From Geosiphon pyriformis uo1 (taxonomy: Eukaryota; Fungi; Glomeromycota), in NCBI GenBank assembly GCA_016748015.1, contig JAAOMT010000197.1, positions 282,388-346,387 on the forward strand: a DNA stretch of 64,000 bases. Direction: 5' to 3'. The translations under genes and the position numbers were made by a program. The notes beneath the pieces were generated by a model, which was not told where the DNA came from, ran no database searches, and worked only from the letters and a program-made list of their open reading frames with translations. This document shows positions 25,401 to 36,249 of this stretch, piece after piece (within the stretch, counting starts at the first letter, position 1; each line of letters starts with the position of its first letter).

Positions 25401-27319
25401 ACAAAATATGAATAGACAGAAAGTCAACAAGAAGCTTTTGATATTTTGAAAAGAAAGCTCATTCAAGCTCCAGTACTGATCTACCCAGATTACAACAAAC
25501 CATTTATCATTACCACCAATGTATCAAGCTAAGTATTGAGAGCAGTACTATCTCAGAAGAGACCAGACGGCAGAGAACATCCAATAGCATATGCCAGCCA
25601 AGGTCTAACACCAGTCAAAAAAAACTATAGAACACCAGAACTAGAACATCTAGCAATTTATTGGGCAGTTATAAAGTAAAATGAATATTTGAGCCAAAAG
25701 TTTGATATATACACAAATTATAAAGGGTTAACATTACTTCAAAAGCAAGAATTTGATGATGGCTGCCAATCCAGATGGAAAATGGCACTCTTATGATATA
25801 CTTATACTATACACTATAAGAAAGGAAAAGACAATGGAAATGCTGATGGTTTGTCACAAATAAGACAAATCTAAGAACATTTCAAACTCAAAAATATAAC
25901 AAAACCAGAACAATACCAACAAAAAATATAACAAAAGATAAACATACAAAAATATTAACAACTTCAACATTATATAAATACTCAACAGTTCAAGGAGAAT
26001 TTATCTCAAATGGAACAAAAGAGTATCAAACAACAATCAAAATATTTTATCACTTACCAAAATATACTTTATCAGAAAAATAGAAGAGATCTAAATCAAC
26101 CAACCAGAGTAATTACAGAGCCAGAAAAAGAGACAATATTATTCAACATGCACTTAAATCCAATAACAGAACACTTTCACAAAGAAGCAACCATGAAAAA
26201 AACCAGAAAAAGATACTATTGACTATCAATATATCCAGACATCATCTAGTATGTTCAAAACTGTGACGCTTGTCAGCAAAGAGGAGGAACAAAACCCAGT
26301 GAACCATTAAAACCAATCAAAGTAGGACAACTATTCGACCGTATTGGAATTGATTTAGTCAGACCATTAACAATTACCAGCAGAGGAAACAGATATATAG
26401 CAGTAGTCATGGACTATCTCACTAAATGGCCAGAAGTGAAAACAATTCAAAGAGCGGATGTAGAATTTGTTGCCAAATTCGTTTATCAGGATTTGATTTG
26501 TCAACATAGATGTTCAAAAGAATTATTATCAGACCAAGGAATGCATTTTGTGAACAGAACATTAACAGAATTGAGCCAAAGATTCGGAATTAAGAGACCA
26601 TTATCATTATCATACCATCCACAAACCAACGGATTAGTCGAAAGATTCAACAGAACATTGTGTGAAGCAATAGCTAAGCTCAGCCAAGAAAACCAGAATG
26701 ATTGGAATTTGTTGATACCATCAGTATTATTTGCTTATCGGACAATAAAGCAAGACACTACACAAGCAACACCATTTGAATTGGTATATGGTAGAACAGC
26801 AACATTACCAGTGGTGATAGAGGTTAACACATATCCAACTGAACCAATAACAGAAGAGAATTTCCAGGAAATCTTGTTGAAAAAAACATATGACTTAATG
26901 GAAACATTGGAAAACAAACGAAAAAGAACAGCTGATAACATACAAAAGTCACAAGAAAAACAGAAAGAAAGACATAATAATCAACTACCAGACAAACCAG
27001 TTGAATTCAAGATTGGAAACAAAGTACTCTTATATTGTACCAAAGCGGAAAACAATAAAGTGGAAAATTTGACCCCAAATAGGATGGACCATTTCACATA
27101 GAAGAAATTCTAGGGAATAGAGCTTACAAATTAAGACTAGATAACAAAATTTTAACCAAAGCAGCACATGGAAATCGATTGAAACCATACCACAACATCA
27201 CACTACCATCTACCAATAATATTCCACAATTAAGAATACAGAGAATACTAGTCCAACCAGATGAGATTCCATGAGATCTGGAACCAATCATCATTATTAA
27301 TAATAACACATCTAATTAA
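19488..27319 (+). pseudogene. Single gag-pol reading frame (~2600 codons) with premature stops and frameshifts near 24000 and 27050
   Basis: ORF fragments 19606-24006 share one frame and 24144-27101 share the next. Gag core ~20500-21150; knuckle CYNCSKQGHIKTNC ~21244; PR LILNSGSAGS ~21961; RT VYLDN(D) ~25068; RNase H ~25420-25870; IN HHCC ~26150-26275, core SDQG/HPQTNGLVERFN and GPF ~27090. Confidence 0.92.
23650..24045 (+). pseudogene. dUTPase domain within pol (between PR and RT)
   Basis: Trimeric dUTPase motifs: AEFDL (I), RSSL (II), GIIDAGYVG (III), KIAQAIF (IV) and RG-GFGSTG (V, after a frameshift). Confidence 0.92.
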
Positions 27320-27372
27320 TTGACAAAAAAATATATAAAAGACATGGTAGATATAACAAAAGAGATCAGAAA

Positions 27373-28002
27373 ATGGAAAACACTGACAATATCCATTCAC
27401 TAACACAACAACTCTTCCAGTTAATTCAAAACCAAGAAATGAAAATTACAATCAATCAACAAACAATTTGTTACAAAAATACGTCAAAAACTCTACCATA
27501 TAGGATACAAAAGAAAGCTGAAAATATGGTTGACAAAATAATTACCAAAGTAAAATTGGCCATAAAAGAACAATAAATAGTTAGATTACAACAAAAATTG
27601 ACCAGAGAAACCTGGAATTGGTAAATACAACAATTTTCAAGAAACTATTGTTATTTTTACTTGGAACAACATGTGAATATCCAGAATCTATATATGGATA
27701 AAACAAAGTGATTATTTGACACCAGAATACTACAATAATTAGAACATTTTGTGAGAAAAAACAACTTATCCACACAGGCTCAAGCCATATACCGAATACA
27801 TATAGCATTTCAGGATCGACCAGAAATCTTACTTGACAAAGCAATGGACATGGTTACCAATAATCAATTAAGAAAGATCACCAATGCTCAATTTGAAGAA
27901 TTACAGACTCAAATAGCACAAATAATTTTTGAAAATGAAATTTAGGAAATACTTCAAGAAGAGGAATTAACAGAGTTAGATTTTAACAGAGCTCAATATT
28001 AA
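27373..28002 (+). pseudogene. Extra ORF (~210 codons) between IN and PPT, unknown function
   Basis: ORFs 27373-27576 and 27751-27945 are in the same frame, which ends at TAA 28002 abutting the PPT. Interrupted by a few stops. Confidence 0.65.
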
Positions 28003-28012
28003 AAGGAGGAAA
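28001..28012 (+). promoter_or_regulatory. Polypurine tract
   Basis: AAAAGGAGGAAA, 3 nt before the 3' LTR. Confidence 0.85.
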
Positions 28013-28015
28013 TAA

Positions 28016-28856
28016 TATTATTCATAGAAATATAAGGAATATATATTAGCATAGTTATTAGCCAATTAGAAGTAGATGTAGTAAAATGTGGAATTCCAGG
28101 ATTCCCCTCAAGAATTGCAGGATTCCAGGAATTACAAGATTTTTATAAGGAATTTCAGGATTCCAGAATTCCAGAATTTCTCTCAAAGGAATTGCAGGAT
28201 TTCTGTTGTAAAGAATTGAAGAATTGAGAAATCTCAATTATGTATATATAGCAGTAAAATTAGAAGCTGAAAAAACAGACCTCGCAGTTTAGATTTAATC
28301 TAAGCAACTCTTTAAATCACAAACATCTAATAAATAACTATTTGTTATCTTAAATTCATTTCTACTATCAACACTTCATGTTGATAATAATTGACACTTA
28401 ACCACACTAGAACAATAGCTCTTGATCATGGCTATTGATGGAATACTAACTTGTAAATCGCCTTGGCTTATTTCTTTTCTTTCTTTATATTTTATTTTCT
28501 TTATTTTCTTTGATTTTGTTATTGTGCACTAACCAATTAATTAAAAGTGCTGATTACTAACATCAAGGATTGCCTGGTAAAAAACCTCTGTGAGTGGGTA
28601 AGACACGTACAGAAGATACAGATTACTTATCAGAGGATTGCTGGCCACCAAGCCAAAAAAAGAATTGACAAACTTGCGAGTCTGGGAAGCTATGGATAAA
28701 ACAACTATTGAATCTCTGTCCATTATATAAAGAACTCATTTGGAAAACCTTTAGATATCAACTACTTAAAAATATTATCAACAACACGAGCAGCTTTTAA
28801 ACACCAAGTTACAGAATTTTTATTTGATCTGAGACCCCAAATAATTAACTGTAACA
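28016..28856 (+). repeat. 3' LTR (841 bp)
   Basis: Matches the 5' LTR. The extra length comes from additional GAATT(C/G)CAGGATT units. Confidence 0.95.
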
Positions 28857-29036
28857 ACATCCACACATTATCAAATTTGTTGACAATCCAAAGGCAAACT
28901 TTCCCTTTTAACTTTGATTCTGTGAAAATAGAAATTAAATTGTTTTTTTTCTTATGCCAATAAATGATATTATCCTGTTTTACAGAATTGTTTATTCTTT
29001 TAACATTACAAGTCACAACTTTCCAGATCTTATCAC

Positions 29037-30900
29037 TCATTGAAAAAAAAGAAGGGTAGAAACTGAACCAGCATTGTTTATTTTAGCCAAAAGACTCATA
29101 ACTGTAATTAAAAGATTGTTCAATGTTTCTTCTATTTTTGAGATAACTGTAGGATCAAAAACCACTACTCCCACAACAGTCTTACCACCAGTGACCACAC
29201 CTGAACCCTCACTTATCACTATATTCACCTCTTAATTCTGTGATGAAGGAGTTACCAACAGCTAATGTCTAAGACTAAGCTAGGAAACTATTGGCTCAAG
29301 TGTATCCAATTTCTTAGCCAGCATGTTAACATGCTCTGCAAGGCTAATGAGACTGCGCTCAAGAGCAACAAACCTATCATTCAGTTCTAAAGACACCAGT
29401 GGAGTAGGCTTTATTTCTGAAGAAAAGCCAGCTTTCAACAAAATATTCTAACCAGGAGAAGGGGGGAAAGAAGACTCACCAGCAATTTGTGCCCATGAGA
29501 CAGCACCAAAAGAAACAGGACAAGCAATTGGGACTGAGCATTTGGCATATATAGCAGCCAGCCTACTTTTATCCAAGTCTGAGAAAGTTTTCCATAATAA
29601 AGCACCAGAAGAAACATTTTTCTTCTTACCAATAGGACAGGCCAATAATGTGTGGCTTAATTTCCCACACCCAGCACACTTGGCTAAAACAAGACAAGAC
29701 CAGTGCAGATTGGCCTTTTTTAGAACAGGCATAGTTTTTATAATAGCATCCAATAACTCAGCAGAATCAAAACAAACAATAGTACACCTGGCCCGGACAT
29801 AAGAAACCAGGTGACAGTTAATTATGCAAGATTTTCCACCCACTAAAGCAACATAATCCCAAATATCATGTGCATTGGTTTCCATTGACAGAGTGTACAA
29901 AAGAGCTTTGTAAATATCTTGTGCATCCCATGATTCTTTGTTTATGTCAGATTTAGCAATATGTACTGCATTTTTCCCAATCAGAATAGACCATTTTACC
30001 ATAACCAAATCAGCATGATCAATTTGTTTAAATTCAACTATCACTTTTTGTTACAGCCCCACCAACTGCATCTTGATCAACTTAATTAATCTGAACTTGG
30101 ATAGCACAGCACACACAGTCTTTGTTGATGTTCTAATTAGAATTTTTTTCAACACCACAGCCCAATTTAAACATCCAGATGATTTTTTGAGATTAGTGTT
30201 TACCAATATCTTTGCTTCTCCAGCCTTTTTTGAAGCCTGCACTAAACTCAATTTGGAAGTAAATGTCATTCTAATGATCCCAGCAAATTTTGAGAAGGTA
30301 AAGTCCCTCCCCAAAACCATTGATTTTAGAAAATAACTTTCTGATTACCACAAGCTTTTCTTAAGCAGATTTTTTAACAACATTGTCCAAACCAATGTTC
30401 AGAGCAAAAGATTTTCTAACAGAAATATTGACCAAGTTTTTTAAAGGAGAAGAGAAAACCACAGGTTTGTCCAAGAGAATATCATCACTATTATTGCCCA
30501 AAAAGTCAATTTCCCTAGTGGTTTACTCAGTGTTCTCTTGGTCAGAATTTTCAAACTCTTAGGAGTTTGTTCCAAGTCTCCACCAGTGAGAACACCATCT
30601 TTTCCATAATTAAAGCTAGTTTCCTCAACCAAAAATTTCTCTTTTATGTCTACACTATCTGATTCAATGATATTACCTGTTTTAGAACTCTATAAACAAC
30701 CATTTGGCATTTTAGTAGCAGCAAATTTTCTATTACCCATATTATTCTCCAAAGCACCATCCCTTCTTTTTTTTCTAGACTCAGCAGACTTGACACCAAT
30801 GTTGAAACCAGACTCCATGATAGACTTGTTCAGAATGGCAATACTAGGACCAATGGTGGCCTCATAATCAAGCAAAAACAGTTTGGATTTAACAGACTGC
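29037..30900 (-). pseudogene. LINE C ORF1 (RRM-like region + CCHC knuckle)
   Basis: CAGCGKLSHTLLAC (CX2CX4HX4C). Collinear with ORF1 of copy D. Stop overlaps the ORF2 ATG (CAATGA). Start is approximate. Confidence 0.85.
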
Positions 30901-31525
30901 ATGATGAAAAAAAAAACTTCTTTCAAAAAATATTTTGACTCTTTTTTGGGAATTTGGGATGAACAAAAAAAAGAGGTTTTTTTTTTCAAATTTTTTACAC
31001 TTTTAATTAAAATAAAATTATTTAAAAAATATTTTATTTTAAATAAAAAAATAAAACAAAATAACTCTATTTTTTAAAATTAATATTAAAAATTTTGAAT
31101 TTTAATTTGTTTTTATTAACTTTTTTCTAAATTAAATTAACATTAAAATTTAAAAATTTAAAACAATATTATAATTAATATTAAAAAACTTGTTAATTTT
31201 ATATTTATTTTAATTAACAATCAAATTTATTATAATTAACAATCAAATTTATTATAATTAATTAATTATTTTTTTAATATTTTTAAAATTGATATATATT
31301 AAAATTTTTATTAATAAAAAATTATACAGAAAATTATAAATATTTAAATACAAATATTATTTAAAACTTATACTTTTTTTGGAATTATTTTTATTAAAAT
31401 TGTTATTTAAAATTACAAAACTTTTGTCTTAGTAATAATATTAAAACTAATTTGTTTTAATTTTAAATTAAAAAAATACCAGTATAAAAACCCAAAATTA
31501 TAATTAAATATTTATTTTTAAACAG

Positions 31526-32140
31526 TATTATAAATAAATATATAATATATTAATTTGTAAATTAGTATAATTAATTAATAATATAATTTAAAATTTTTAA
31601 ATTAATTAAGTTTTTTGTATAATAAACAGAAATTCACTAATAATAATTAATAATATTTGATATTTAACTTTTTTAGTATAGTAACTGGTTTATTTTAATG
31701 TTTTTTATTTTTTTAATAACCAATTTAATAAGTTAATTTTATATTTATTTCTATGTTTTTTACCAAGTAATTTTTAATATTGTAATTTTAATATTTTTTT
31801 TTAATTAATTAATAAAATAAACAAATAAAACAAACAAACAAAAAGAAAATAAATAAAATAATAAAATAATAAAATCAATATTCTATTAATAATCTTAATT
31901 AAAAGATATTGTTCTAATGTTGTTAAATTTTGTAAATTAATATTATTAATATTATTTAATAATAAATAATTTTAATAAAATAAATAATATTTTTATAAAA
32001 TTTAAATAGTAAATAAATAATTTGTAATTTTTATTAAATTTTATTTTAAATATTAAATTTCAACTTTTTTTTACACTATTTTATAATGTCTTTTTGCTTA
32101 ACAAAATTATTTATTTTTATATATTATAAATAATAATTTT
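31526..32140 (-). mobile_element. Very eroded solo-LTR remnant
   Basis: Blocks TTTTTTGTATAATAAACAGAAATTC, TTTTACCAAG and AATATTCTATTAATAA are collinear with 5943-6747. Boundaries are approximate. Confidence 0.6.
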
Positions 32141-32776
32141 TTAAATTAAATTAATTATAATAATAAAAAAATACAAAACTTATTTTTGGCAAATATAACA
32201 TCTAATTTTAATAAAACAACATCAAAAAAACCTGAAAGTTTTATTTTTTTGGTCTTTAAGTCATTTAATTTTATACAAATAAGTAATCTTAAAACTCAAT
32301 AATAATAATTTAATAATATTTTTAAAAAAAATATTTGATATTATATTTGAATTAGATATTAAAATTAAAGATAAAACAGTAAGTAATACTTAAAAAGTAG
32401 CCAAAAACAGAGCAGACAATTTAAATGTTAATTTCAATTACTTTATTCAATTTCTTTTTTAATATATTCATCTTTAACTTTAAAACAAATAGTAAAAAAT
32501 TAAAGATTTTTTTAATTAAAATTATGTTAAGATCTTTAACAAAACCAAATTATATTATTAGCAAAAAAAAACATTTATTTTAATTAAATAATAATTTGTA
32601 TAAATAACTTAATTATTATTTCCAATTATAAATTTTTATTTCAAAAAATATATTGTTTATTATTAAATAATTATATTAATTTACTTAAATAATTTTAACA
32701 ATAAAATAAAATAACTTGGAACATCTTAGAATAATTAAAATAATTCGGAATATCTTAGAATAACTTTACTACAAAT

Positions 32777-32780
<4 letters not shown>

Positions 32781-32808
<28 letters not shown>
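32781..32808. repeat. (TA)14 microsatellite
   Basis: Seen directly. Preceded by a GGAAYATCTTAGAATAA duplication at ~32718-32763. Confidence 0.9.
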
Positions 32809-33085
32809 AGTAGTTTTTAGGTTAAAAAACAAAAAAACAATTCGGAATTAAAAATTATAATATTATTTTTTATTCCTTTAAAATAAATATTAATGTAATT
32901 TCTTCATTTTTTCAATTATTGATTAAACCCCTAAAATCTGAAACAAATAATCATTCAAAAATAATCTCTGGTTAAATATATTCAAATTAAATCAACAGAC
33001 AATTGGTCCTCTAAAATCTATAAAACAATTTAATGAAACGAAAATTATGACTTTTAACTGTAATACGAGGCGCGCTGCAACAAAG

Positions 33086-33102
33086 TGTGACGTCACATGT
33101 GA
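33086..33102. promoter_or_regulatory. Overlapping palindromes TGTGACGTCACA (CRE/bZIP core) and TCACATGTGA (E-box), ~55-70 bp upstream of ATG 33156
   Basis: The palindromes are seen directly; function is inferred. Confidence 0.45.
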
Positions 33103-33155
33103 TTGAGGTAAAAAAAGTTCGCGTTTTTGTTTCCCGGTCCACCTGCCAGCTCGGC

Positions 33156-35987
33156 ATGTCAACAGCATCGTTCGTCATGAACTTCTTTGATAAAACCGAT
33201 GTTAGCCAATGGGCACCTAAAAAGGTCATTGAGCATTACCGGAAAAATATTTCGCAGGATGATCCTTTAGCCAAAATACTTTATTGTATCAAAGTGGACC
33301 TCGAGACGATTGTTAAACATGACCCTAGTGAATTACGAAGATGCAAAGCGCAGTCAATCATTGATAGTTGGAAGGTACGTTTGTGGGTTGACTGGTGAGA
33401 TCAAGGGGATAAAGCCTCGTTTTTTGCTTCGGCGGGCGAGACTGAAGAGGGCAAAAGGTCGAGATATGCCAAGCTGGAACACGGAAAGTTGACTGGTAAT
33501 GAACGGAAAGTTCGCGCCTATCTCGATCGCCTTCGGCGGCAAGCTGGAACACGGAAAGTTGACTGGCTATGAACGGAAAGTTCGACGCTCCCCTCTAATT
33601 CAAATATTGACCCACAATTCTGTCATGATTCTTGATCTTTGAAAATTGCTTTCTGAAAAAAAAAAATTATTTTATTTTGGGGAGGTAAGGCTTGGGCTAA
33701 TAGTGTGAAAGAATCTGAAAAAGTAGACCGGGCACAACGTAGTTTGGATCATGCTGAGACAGTGGATAAGCTTTTACAGGTGAGCTGTGAAAAGGTTCTT
33801 ATTCCGAAGATCAATTAAGATTAACTCATTTAATTATTTTTAGGTTCAGCACCATTTACGCGCTACTGAAAAGGCCGCAGCTCAGTTAGATATAATTCAA
33901 GACGGGCTGCTTGCAACCTCTCGTAAACGTGTACTTGATTCTGAAGTGATTTCCAAATCTGATGATAACAACAACCCGTTTTTGGTTCGATCGGACAACA
34001 CGGTAATCGATACTGCTTTTTTGCTCTGTGGTATCGAAGCTCGAGTCTAAATAGATTTCCTTTTTAATGTCATCTATTTAGGGTAAAAACTATCGTGTGG
34101 CGGCAGACAAAGTACGTCAGGCTACTATAGGCAGATATCTCAACATGCTGTCATTCTTGCGCTAAAGACAGTTTTCTCTCAGGCTAAAGTGGCTGGGACG
34201 GAAGAAGGAAGCGAAGGTGATAGTAACCTGGAAGAGTTGGATGACGAGCTTGAACTTTGTGACAGGTGAGTCTTATATCCTTTACCTCCTGAGGTACTAT
34301 GTTAGATGTTTTTCTATATGGGCCACTCGATAGCAGTGATATAAAGGACGAAGGCGTGAAGCAGTTGAAGGAAGCGTGTATAGAGGCAAAAAAAAGAGAC
34401 GCACATCAAGAGTAAGTTCTTCGTCCCTGCCAATGGATTGTAGCAATGCTCTAACATCATGTAAATAGGCCCATTTGGTGGCGGGTTATCGACCTTCGAC
34501 CCAATTCGAGTTGGCAACCTCTTCCCCCATGGCTGGAGACCATGAGAAAGATGGCCGAAGAAAGAATGGAGGTACAGATTTCTGATATGACGGAACGATT
34601 CATAATCGTTTTGTCTCAAGTAAGTGTTCTGACTTTGGAGCTTAGTAATTGTAGCTCGATCTCTGAGTGTTTTGTACAGCTGCCGCTTCAAGATCTTGAA
34701 GATATCGCCCGGGATTACAAAATAATCGGCTCACAGGGCGTTTTAAAAAGATTGTCGGATAAAAGAATTCCGGTGCAGCCTTCCTCTATGGATAGACTGG
34801 AAGCTTTACTTACTGGGGATACGTCAAGTTCTATGTTGCCTTCTTCATGTGTGGATGCGGAGTTCAAGTCCATCAATCCGGCCTCGAGCGAAATAATATG
34901 GATCCTAGACTGTTTGAGCGACATGTGAATAATCTTGTGCTTGTTTGCTTTCGCTTAATTTTGTATAATCTGACTTATTACCATAGGTACTTCAATACCA
35001 AGCGCGGAATCCCGCAAAGAACGAACACTGAACGGGATATCGATATATATTACAGCAAGATTTTGTTCAACGCTGTGGAAGATGTCGTTGACATTCATTA
35101 GTAAGTAACATTTTTCGCAGCAGGTCTCGTCCGTAAACTCGTGCTAATAAGGCAAATGCATTTAAGTGGGGAGATGTGCAGTCGAACATCAAGAGAACGT
35201 CGTCAAGGTGCCGTTGACGGCACAAAAGATGATGAAGGAAGCAAATTGGACTGGTTATTTTCTGTATGTTCTCTAGCATTCATTATCCTTAGCATACGAC
35301 TTACAGCATCATTTAATTTTTCCAGCGGCATGACCTTGGACCGCATTATTACTGGGGCCAAGAATTTGGTATAGTCGAAAATGCGGGCCCTAAATGTGAT
35401 AACAAGGCAAAGGTGGCTGGAGACTCAATCAAAACCGTGAAGAATTTGCGAGATATGTTGCTCTCAATACGCAAAAAGTTCCCGGCGGCCGGGATGTCCT
35501 CAACTCTAGACAAATCGTACAAATCACTGGTACTCCCGGGGCTAATTGTCTCATCTTGGGGATACCAAGTCTTTGGCGTGACGCCTATCGACAATGGGTG
35601 GTTTGCCCTTGCGAAGATGGATGAGTTCTCACTTCCTATCACAATGCGCGAGCTTCGCAAAGTTCTAAAGTGCTGTCAGGCAATGTTGAAAATTCGTGTA
35701 TGTGTAGTTGTTGCTTTTATCAATCTTTAACGATGTTCAATCTTAATGTGTATGATGTTCTAACATTATTAGGAGCTTTTGAAGAGGAACACCGAGATCA
35801 TGAGGCTGGTGATGGATGCCATGGATGAAGAAAAGTATGTCCCGGCTAAAAGCATAAAGGAAGACGAATGCAGGACGCCGGCCAAGAAAAGTATGTATAC
35901 TGTTGTAAAGCATGCAATGATATTTATCTAATTTTCGCAAACTTGTTCTTAGAGAGACAAAAGGATTTAAAACCGAGTTCAACATGA
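33156..35987 (+). CDS. Intact 13-exon gene, ~600 aa, with C-terminal PD-(D/E)XK (REase-fold)-like domain; Crinkler/REase-like family
   Basis: Manual splicing at GT-AG sites keeps one open frame (MSTASFVMNFF...KDLKPSST*). Motif series TERD..F / GEMCS..SRERR / GSKLDWLF / EFGIVENAG / K..KNLRDML. CpGs are intact. Confidence 0.8.
33381..33617 (+). other. GC-rich structured insert in intron 1 (33375-33689) with a 45-bp direct repeat at 70-bp spacing
   Basis: Repeat CAAGCTGGAACACGGAAAGTTGACTGG..ATGAACGGAAAGTTCG at 33470-33514 and 33540-33584. Terminal arms TTGTGGGTTGA/TTGACCCACAA, plus several nested stems. Confidence 0.75.
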
Positions 35988-36249
35988 GGATCCAGTCCTA
36001 TTTTGAAATTTTCCTATTTCGGAAGTGGCTTGGAACTCAACTTTAACCCAACATAAAGTTTTCTTACTTTAAGGCGATACATAAAAGTCCCATTATTATA
36101 AGATCATTATAAATGAGGCTAAAGAATTTGCTTTAACGATTTATCATTATGATTTTAAATCAGTTAAAAAAATAAATGAGACAAAAATTGTATTCTTTGT
36201 AATAAAGTTAATTGAAAAAGATTGTAAAAATTTTTTTTTTTTTTAAATA

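Larger units (their letters stand above)
18665..28856 (+). mobile_element. Full-length Ty3/Gypsy LTR retrotransposon (10.2 kb), dUTPase-containing, no chromodomain; inactivated
   Basis: TGTTAC...GTAACA termini, TSD ACAT (18661-18664 / 28857-28860), two LTRs, PBS and PPT. Domain order is gag-PR-(Cys-rich)-dUTPase-RT-RH-IN. Confidence 0.97.
14217..29040 (-). pseudogene. LINE C ORF2 (APE, RT with AFVDD, RNase H), interrupted at 18665-28856
   Basis: MSDKIWKVVTCNV..NVW|MFTSGLESGYLGAGV joins in frame after removing the insert and one ACAT. RNase H motifs SVYTDGS, VELQAIALALE, YSDSQAAL and GNERADKLA. Confidence 0.9.
14081..30985 (-). mobile_element. LINE copy C, near full length (~6.7 kb without the insert), split by the Gypsy insertion
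   Basis: PolyT at 14081-14092, ORF2 at 14217-29040, ORF1 at ~29037-30900. The 5' UTR (~30900-30985) resembles that of copy D (CAAATYCCCAAAA..GAAGTTTTT). Confidence 0.93.

Noticed and set aside
27190-27319. Chromodomain at the IN C-terminus
   Set aside because: No Y-x-V-x-W-x-G-type motif; only a short P/I-rich tail after the GPF module.
33442-33466. Hammerhead ribozyme-like CTGAAGAG..GGTCGAGA
   Set aside because: GAAA is replaced by GAGA, stem II has a G-G mismatch, there is no properly placed NUH or stem III, and the segment pairs better with 33519-33538.
33541-33570. Group II intron domain V-like hairpin (AGC..GAAA)
   Set aside because: Too short with the wrong stem/bulge geometry, no D6 or AY end, and the intron has normal GT-AG ends.
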